Shown one piece after another: positions 58,070-64,000 of a stretch of DNA of 64,000 nucleotides. Numbering within the stretch: position 1 is the stretch's first letter; each line of letters begins with the position of its first letter. Source of the stretch: Chloroflexota bacterium (GTDB taxonomy: Bacteria; Chloroflexota; Dehalococcoidia; UBA2979); NCBI GenBank assembly GCA_027593235.1, contig JAQCIU010000008.1, positions 1-64,000 on the forward strand. The letters are read 5' to 3'. Under the pieces are notes generated by a model. The model searched no databases and had not been told where the DNA came from. It worked only from the letters and a program-made list of their open reading frames with translations. Position numbers and translations under genes: made by a program.

Positions 58070-60604
58070 ATGGTTCAGGACCCGCCCGACACAACGGACA
58101 CGACCGAGGTCAGCGAAGTCGTCCGCATCGAAGACGAGATGCGTGTCTCGTACCTCGATTACGCGATGTCCGTCATCGTTTCGCGCGCCCTCCCGGACGT
58201 CCGCGACGGCCTCAAGCCGGTGCAACGTCGAATCCTCTTCGGGATGCTCGAATTGGGCCTCGGACCCAACTCCGCCTTCAAGAAGACCGCCCGTGTCACC
58301 GGCGAGGTGATGGGCAAGTTCCACCCGCACGGCGACTCCGCCATCTACGACGCCCTGGTCCGCCTGGCCCAGGACTTCACCATGCGTTACCCGCTGATCA
58401 CCGGTCAGGGGAACTTCGGCTCCGTCGACGGCGACCCGCCCGCGCAGATGCGCTACACCGAGGCGAAACTCGCCCCGATCGCCACCGAGCTGCTCGTCGA
58501 CATCGATCGCAACACGGTCGACTTCCAACCCAACTTCGACGACTCGCTCAGTGAGCCGATCGTCCTCCCAGCGCGCCTGCCCAACCTGCTCCTCAACGGC
58601 GGCAGCGGCATCGCCGTGGGCATGGCGACCAACATCCCGCCCCACAACCTCAACGAGATCTGCAGCGCCATCCAGCTGATCATCCAGAAGCCGGAAGTGA
58701 CGCTCGACGAACTCATGGAGATCGTGAAGGGGCCGGACTTCCCGACCGCCGGCGCGATCTTCAACCAGGCCGAGATCCGGCAGGCATACGCCACCGGACG
58801 CGGGCGCGTCACCATGCGCGCCGTGATGGCGATGGAGGAGTCGGCACAGGGCCGCACCCAGGTCATCGTCACCGAACTGCCCTACCAGGTGAACAAGGCG
58901 AACCTGCTGGAACGCATCGCCGACCTCGTGCGCGCGAAGCGCATCGAAGGCATCTCCGATCTGCGCGATGAGTCCGACCGCCACGGCATGCGGATGGTGA
59001 TCGAGCTGTCGCGCGGCGCGTCCTTCAACACCGTCCGCAACCTCCTCTACAAGCACACCGCCCTCCAGTCGACGTTCTCCGTGAACATGCTCGCGCTCGA
59101 CAACGGCCAGCCGAAGACGCTGACGCTGAAAGAAGCGCTGAAGGCATTCATCGATCACCGACGTGAGGTGATCCGTCGCCGCGCCGAGTTCGACCTCGAA
59201 AAGGCGCGCGAACGCGCTCACATCCTCGAAGGCCTGCTCAAGGCGCTCGACCTCCTCGATGAGGTGATCGCCGCGATCCGCGGGGCCGCATCCGCCGACG
59301 CCGCGAAGACCGCGCTACAGGCGACACCGTTCGAACTGAGCGAACGACAGGCGCAGGCCGTCCTCGACATGCAGCTTCGCCGGCTCGCACAGCTCGAAAG
59401 CCAGAAGATCCAGGAAGAGTTCGACGAGCTGATGACCCTGATCGGCGAGCTCGAGGCTCTGCTCGCGAACCCAGGGATGATCGACGACGTGATCCTCGCG
59501 GACTGCACCGAGCTCAAGGAAAAGTACGGCGACGCCCGCCGCACTCAGGTCTTCGCTGCCGCCGTCGAGGACTTCTCTGAGGAAGACCTCGTTCCGCATC
59601 AGCAGATCGCCGTCACCATCTCCGACCGCGGCTACATGAAGCGCGTCCCGCTGGAGACCTACCGTGTGCAGCGTCGCGGCGGGCGTGGCGTGACCGGCAT
59701 GACCACCCGCGAGGAAGACGTTGTTGCGCACCTGATCGTGTGTGACACACACGATTCGCTACTGATGTTCACCCGCAACGGCAAGGTGTTCTCGCTCAAG
59801 GGCTTCGAGGTCCCGGAGGGCTCGCGCCAGGCGCGCGGCCTCCCCGTCGTGAACCTGATCGAGATGGACGCCGAGGATGCCGTCACTGCGGTGGTGGTCG
59901 TCCAGGACTTCAAGCGTGACTCACTCGTCCTCGCGACCGAGCAGGGCGAGGTGAAGCGCACCCCGCTCGTTCAGTTCGCCGCGGTGCGCCGTGCCGGCCT
60001 GATCGCGATGAACCTCAAACCGGACGACTCGCTGCTCACCGCGCGCGCGGCCAGCGAAGCCGATGACGTCATCCTGGTGTCCTCCGACGGGCAGGCGATG
60101 CGCTTCAACGTCGGCACACTGCGGGTCGCCTCACGCGCATCGGGTGGTGTCCGTGGCATGCGGCTACGCACCGGCGCGATGCTGATCGCCCTCGTCGTCG
60201 ATGTGGACGGCGACGATCTGCTCGTGGTCACCGAGCGAGGCATGGGCAAGCGCACGCCGATCGAGGAGTACCCAAGCAAGGGCCGTGGCGGTCAGGGTGT
60301 GCTCACGTTCCGTGTCAGCGACCGCACCGGACCGATCGCGGTCGCCGCGGTGGTTGCCGCGGACGAGGAGCTGATGCTGGTCTCCAGCGACGGCATCGTC
60401 ATGCGCACGCGTGCCGACACCATCAGCCAGCAGGGCCGCTCCACGCGCGGCGTTCAGGTGATGAACATCGCCGGCGACGATAGCGTCGCCTCACTCGCCC
60501 GCATCGACCTCGGTGCTGGAACCAGCGGCAGCGGCAGCGGAGGCGGTTCGACCGCAGGCGACATCGATGATGACGATGATGCAGCGGAGGACGAGCGCGA
60601 GTAA
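58070..60604 (+). CDS. gyrA: DNA gyrase subunit A
   Basis: [19 protein letters not shown], GyrA box QRRGGRG, acidic tail. Confidence 0.98.
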   Translation: MVQDPPDTTDTTEVSEVVRIEDEMRVSYLDYAMSVIVSRALPDVRDGLKPVQRRILFGMLELGLGPNSAFKKTARVTGEVMGKFHPHGDSAIYDALVRLAQDFTMRYPLITGQGNFGSVDGDPPAQMRYTEAKLAPIATELLVDIDRNTVDFQPNFDDSLSEPIVLPARLPNLLLNGGSGIAVGMATNIPPHNLNEICSAIQLIIQKPEVTLDELMEIVKGPDFPTAGAIFNQAEIRQAYATGRGRVTMRAVMAMEESAQGRTQVIVTELPYQVNKANLLERIADLVRAKRIEGISDLRDESDRHGMRMVIELSRGASFNTVRNLLYKHTALQSTFSVNMLALDNGQPKTLTLKEALKAFIDHRREVIRRRAEFDLEKARERAHILEGLLKALDLLDEVIAAIRGAASADAAKTALQATPFELSERQAQAVLDMQLRRLAQLESQKIQEEFDELMTLIGELEALLANPGMIDDVILADCTELKEKYGDARRTQVFAAAVEDFSEEDLVPHQQIAVTISDRGYMKRVPLETYRVQRRGGRGVTGMTTREEDVVAHLIVCDTHDSLLMFTRNGKVFSLKGFEVPEGSRQARGLPVVNLIEMDAEDAVTAVVVVQDFKRDSLVLATEQGEVKRTPLVQFAAVRRAGLIAMNLKPDDSLLTARAASEADDVILVSSDGQAMRFNVGTLRVASRASGGVRGMRLRTGAMLIALVVDVDGDDLLVVTERGMGKRTPIEEYPSKGRGGQGVLTFRVSDRTGPIAVAAVVAADEELMLVSSDGIVMRTRADTISQQGRSTRGVQVMNIAGDDSVASLARIDLGAGTSGSGSGGGSTAGDIDDDDDAAEDERE

Positions 60605-60651
60605 TCGCCCTCGCCTCCAGCGGCCCCTTCCGAGATCCCTAGAATCGATCG

Positions 60652-61704
60652 ATGACCGAAGCTCCACACGACCGCGCGTCCAGCACGCCGCCCGAACAGG
60701 CCGCCGAAACGCCCGGTGAGTTCGCGCTGATCGCGAGGATCCTCGATCGCCTCGGCGACGCCGCCGCGACCGACATCCTCGTCCCGCCCGGCGACGACGC
60801 CGCCGTCTGGCTTGCCGCCAACGGAGCGGTCGTCGCGACGATCGACGCCCTGACCGAGGGCAACCACTGGCGTGCCGACACCATGTCGTTCGAGGACGTC
60901 GGGTGGCGCACCGTCGCCGCTAACGTCTCGGACCTCGCGGCGATGGGCGCGCAGCCCGGCTACCTCCTCGTCGCCGCGTGCCTCGGCCCGACGATCACGC
61001 CCGCCGACCTCGATGCCTTCATCGACGGCATGGCCGCCGCGTGCCGCGCGCACGGTGTGCGTGTCGCCGGCGGCGACATCGTCCGAGGCCAGGCGACCAT
61101 GTTCACGGTCGCCGCCTACGGGAGCGTCGCCCTCGAGGATGGCAAAGCTCGCACGCTGCGCCGGGGCGCCGCTCGCCTCGGCGACCTCGTCGCGGTCTCG
61201 GGCCATCCCGGCGCCTCCGCCGCCGGCCTCGCCGTGATCGAACGTGGCGACGCGAATCGACCCGAGGCGCAACCACTCGTCGAGGCACATCGACGGCCGC
61301 ACGCCCGCACCGCGATCGGGCTCGACGCACTGGCGGCTCGGATCTCCTGCGCCATCGACGTCTCGGACGGACTCCTCCAGGACCTCGATCACATCGCCGA
61401 GCAATCGGCACTCGGCATCGAGATCGACTGCGCGGCGATCCCGCTGCACCCCGCGGCGGTGGCGTTGCTCGGGGAACACGAGGCGCTCGATCTCGCGCTC
61501 GGCGGCGGCGAGGACTTCGAGCTGATCGTGGTCGGCCCGGACTCGGCGCTCGACGCCCTCGGCGATCGCGTGACGGTGATCGGGCGCGTCGTGCCCGCGC
61601 ACCCGGGTGAGACCGTCGCCCTCGATAAACACGGGACACCGCTGGTGCCCCGCCGGCGCGGCTGGGACCAGCTCGCCGTCCACGACGGCGGGAGCACATC
61701 GTGA
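60652..61704 (+). CDS. thiL: Thiamine-monophosphate kinase
   Basis: GEFALI, GDDAA, NVSDLAAMG, IDVSDGL, GGEDFEL. Confidence 0.95.
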   Translation: MTEAPHDRASSTPPEQAAETPGEFALIARILDRLGDAAATDILVPPGDDAAVWLAANGAVVATIDALTEGNHWRADTMSFEDVGWRTVAANVSDLAAMGAQPGYLLVAACLGPTITPADLDAFIDGMAAACRAHGVRVAGGDIVRGQATMFTVAAYGSVALEDGKARTLRRGAARLGDLVAVSGHPGASAAGLAVIERGDANRPEAQPLVEAHRRPHARTAIGLDALAARISCAIDVSDGLLQDLDHIAEQSALGIEIDCAAIPLHPAAVALLGEHEALDLALGGGEDFELIVVGPDSALDALGDRVTVIGRVVPAHPGETVALDKHGTPLVPRRRGWDQLAVHDGGSTS

Positions 61705-62189
61705 GCACCGCCAACCGCGTGATCTTCGAGAGCACCAGCGCCGCGCGGACGCGCAGCTTCGGCAAGAAGCTCGCCCGCCTGCTCCGTTCGGGCGACGTGG
61801 TGCTGCTCCAGGGACCGCTTGGTGCTGGGAAGACCGCACTCACCCAGGGCATCGGCGCCGGGCTCGGCCTCGAGTCGGCGGTCACCAGCCCCACCTTCAT
61901 CCTGATGGCCGCGCACCCCACCGCGGGGGATCGCCCTTCGCTCTACCACGCGGATCTCTACCGCCTCACCGATCCCGCTGAGGTCGCCGACCTCCGCCTG
62001 GACGAGCAGGCCACGGATGGCGTGCTCGTCGTCGAGTGGCCGCAGCGTGCGTTCGACGAGCTGCCGCCAGAGCACCTGTTGATCGTGATCGAGACCGACC
62101 CGGCGCACTCGAATACCCGGAAGCTCACCTGCGTCGCCTCGGGCGCTCGCTACCAGCAGCTCCTGGACGGACTGCAGGCGCGTCGATGA
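61701..62189 (+). CDS. tsaE: tRNA threonylcarbamoyladenosine biosynthesis ATPase TsaE
   Basis: GPLGAGKT, SPTF, HADLYRL, VEW. Confidence 0.95.
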   Translation: MSTANRVIFESTSAARTRSFGKKLARLLRSGDVVLLQGPLGAGKTALTQGIGAGLGLESAVTSPTFILMAAHPTAGDRPSLYHADLYRLTDPAEVADLRLDEQATDGVLVVEWPQRAFDELPPEHLLIVIETDPAHSNTRKLTCVASGARYQQLLDGLQARR

Positions 62190-62911
62190 GCACCACCCCG
62201 CGGACCACCCCGCGGCTCGTGCTGGCGATCGACACCGCCTCCGCCGCCGCCTCCGTGGCACTGGGCGACGGCGACACGCTCCGCGCAGAACGCCGCTGGA
62301 CGATCGAGACGACGATCTCCCAGGAACTACTCGCGGCGGTGGCCGCACTGCTCAGCGAGGCCGGCGTGCACCGCGCCGCCATCGAGGCGCTTGCCGTCTG
62401 CGTCGGCCCCGGCGGCTACGGCGGCCTGCGCGCCGGCGTGGCTACCGCGCAGGGCATGGCGCTCGCCCTCGGTGTACCGCTCGCGGCGGTGTCACGCCTC
62501 GAGGCCGACGCGGCGCCGTACCTGGCCGCGGCGCCACCCGGTCGGGCAGTCGTCGCGGTGCACGATGCCGGCCGCTCCGGACTCGCCTGGGCGGCCTACG
62601 CCCGCCCGGCCCCCGGAGCACCGGAGGTCGCGCTGATGGGGCCGACGATGACCAGCGCGGTCGAGTGCGCACAGACAGCACCAGCCGGCGCCATCTGGTG
62701 CGGCGAACTCAGCGACACGCTCGCCGAGGCACGTAGCGCAGCCCAACGGGAGGGCGATTCGATCGCAGCACCCAGCTCCGCATCACGAGCGGCCGCCGTC
62801 CTCGAACTCGCGCGCAAGCGCGCTAGCTACGATGATCCGGGTCTGGCGGACGTCATCTACCTCCGCCCGCCCTCAATCACGCGACCGAACACGCCGCCGG
62901 CGCAGCGCTAG
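62186..62911 (+). CDS. tsaB: tRNA threonylcarbamoyladenosine biosynthesis protein TsaB
   Basis: LAIDTAS, GPGGYGGLRAG, YLR; follows tsaE. Confidence 0.9.
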   Translation: MSTTPRTTPRLVLAIDTASAAASVALGDGDTLRAERRWTIETTISQELLAAVAALLSEAGVHRAAIEALAVCVGPGGYGGLRAGVATAQGMALALGVPLAAVSRLEADAAPYLAAAPPGRAVVAVHDAGRSGLAWAAYARPAPGAPEVALMGPTMTSAVECAQTAPAGAIWCGELSDTLAEARSAAQREGDSIAAPSSASRAAAVLELARKRASYDDPGLADVIYLRPPSITRPNTPPAQR

Positions 62912-62940
62912 AGCGCCGTCACCGCACAAAAGGATTCCCC

Positions 62941-63390
62941 GTGGAACGCACTCTCATCCTCGTCAAGCCGGACGCCATGCAGCGCGGCCTCGCGTTCGAA
63001 GTCCTCGGCCGCCTCGAGCGCCGTGGCCTCAAGCTCGCCGGCCTCCGCCTGCTCCAGGTCGACGAGGCGATGGCGAAGCGCCACTACGGCGAGCACGAGG
63101 GGAAGCCCTTCTTCAACGGCCTCGTCGCCTACATCACTGCCTGCCCGATCGTCGCCGCGGTTTTCGAGGGCACCAACGCCGTCGCCGCCGCGCGACAGAC
63201 GATGGGCTCGACCAAGCCCACCGAGGCCGCCCCCGGCACCGTCCGCGGCGACCTCGGCATCGAGATCGGTCGCAACCTCGTCCACGGCTCCGACAGCCCG
63301 GAAAGCGCCGAGCGCGAGATCGGCATCTTCTTCGAGGGCCAGACCGTCACCACCTGGGACCGCGCGACCGATCCCTGGGTGTTCGAGTAG
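62941..63390 (+). CDS. ndk: Nucleoside diphosphate kinase
   Basis: ERTLILVKPDA, GTVRGD, NLVHGSDS. Confidence 0.98.
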   Translation: MERTLILVKPDAMQRGLAFEVLGRLERRGLKLAGLRLLQVDEAMAKRHYGEHEGKPFFNGLVAYITACPIVAAVFEGTNAVAAARQTMGSTKPTEAAPGTVRGDLGIEIGRNLVHGSDSPESAEREIGIFFEGQTVTTWDRATDPWVFE

Positions 63391-63505
63391 CCCAGGCTCG
63401 CCCGCCCGCCGGTCCAGTTGCCGTGTCGCCTGCATCGCGGATCCGACAACCAGGCAACCCGGCGCGGTCTCAGCTCGCCCCCGCCGCACCGACCAAACGA
63501 CCGCA

Positions 63506-64000
63506 GTGACCGCCCTCCAAGATGTCCAACGATTCTGGTCGGCACGGGCGGCCCAGTTCGACGACGAACCGGATCACGGCCTGGCCGCTCCGTATGTCCG
63601 AGACGCGTGGCGCGACCTCCTGCGTCAAGCGCTCCCCGGTGCGCAGCGGCGAGTCTTGGACCTCGGTTGCGGCACCGGCTCGCTCAGCCTCCTGATCGCC
63701 GAAGCCGGACATCGGGTCACGGGAATCGACCTCTCGCGACAGATGGTGCAGCTCGCCGATCAGAAGCTCGTCGCGAGCGGGCAGCGGGCGAACTTCATCG
63801 TCGGCGATGCAGCGGACCCGCCGTTCGCGCCAGGCACGTTCGACGTGGTCTTGTGCCGCCATCTGCTCTGGACGCTGCCGGACCCGCAGGCCGCGCTAGC
63901 GAGGTGGCAGCGGGTCCTCCGCCCCTCGGGGACGCTCGTCGCCATCGAGGGCCGTTGGGCCGCGCCGGACGCCCCGCGGCACGCGGAGCTGCCCTGGGAC
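63506..64000 (+). CDS. Class I SAM-dependent methyltransferase (runs off the window)
   Basis: FDDEPDHGL, VLDLGCGTG, FDVVLCRHLLW, L.P.G; GTG start at 63506. Confidence 0.88.
   Translation, partial: MTALQDVQRFWSARAAQFDDEPDHGLAAPYVRDAWRDLLRQALPGAQRRVLDLGCGTGSLSLLIAEAGHRVTGIDLSRQMVQLADQKLVASGQRANFIVGDAADPPFAPGTFDVVLCRHLLWTLPDPQAALARWQRVLRPSGTLVAIEGRWAAPDAPRHAELPWD

Overview
High-GC bacterial chromosome segment, by gene content and monoderm-style lipoprotein anchoring most plausibly Chloroflexota (Dehalococcoidia-like; inference only). The backbone is housekeeping: ffh/rpsP/KH/rimM, gap, eno, xerD, pcm, uvrC, glcB-glcG, rnhA, gyrA-thiL-tsaE-tsaB-ndk and three tRNAs (Ala-CGC, Arg-TCG, Pro-CGG). 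The most striking block is a compact clade II nitrous-oxide reductase locus (about 32.0-40.5 kb). It has a lipoprotein NosZ, a NosB-like protein, a NosD-TM-NosF fusion split by one in-frame TAG, NosY, a Cys-less cupredoxin-like lipoprotein and an SCO protein (no NosL, NosR or NosGH), a convergent lipoprotein cytochrome c and an orphan OmpR-type regulator. Tandem DosR/DevR-like GGGAC-N4-GTCCC boxes sit upstream of both nosZ and the cytochrome c. Other notable items: a c-di-GMP-I riboswitch ahead of an unknown Zn-finger/coiled-coil gene, an orphan 34-aa YxxP peptide with its own RBS and terminator, a hicAB module, an IS30 element, an IS481 remnant, a MITE/REPIN-like element, an AT-rich foreign VOC gene inside a decayed CoA-transferase, and several pseudogenes. 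Start codons were chosen by eye; no database searches were run.
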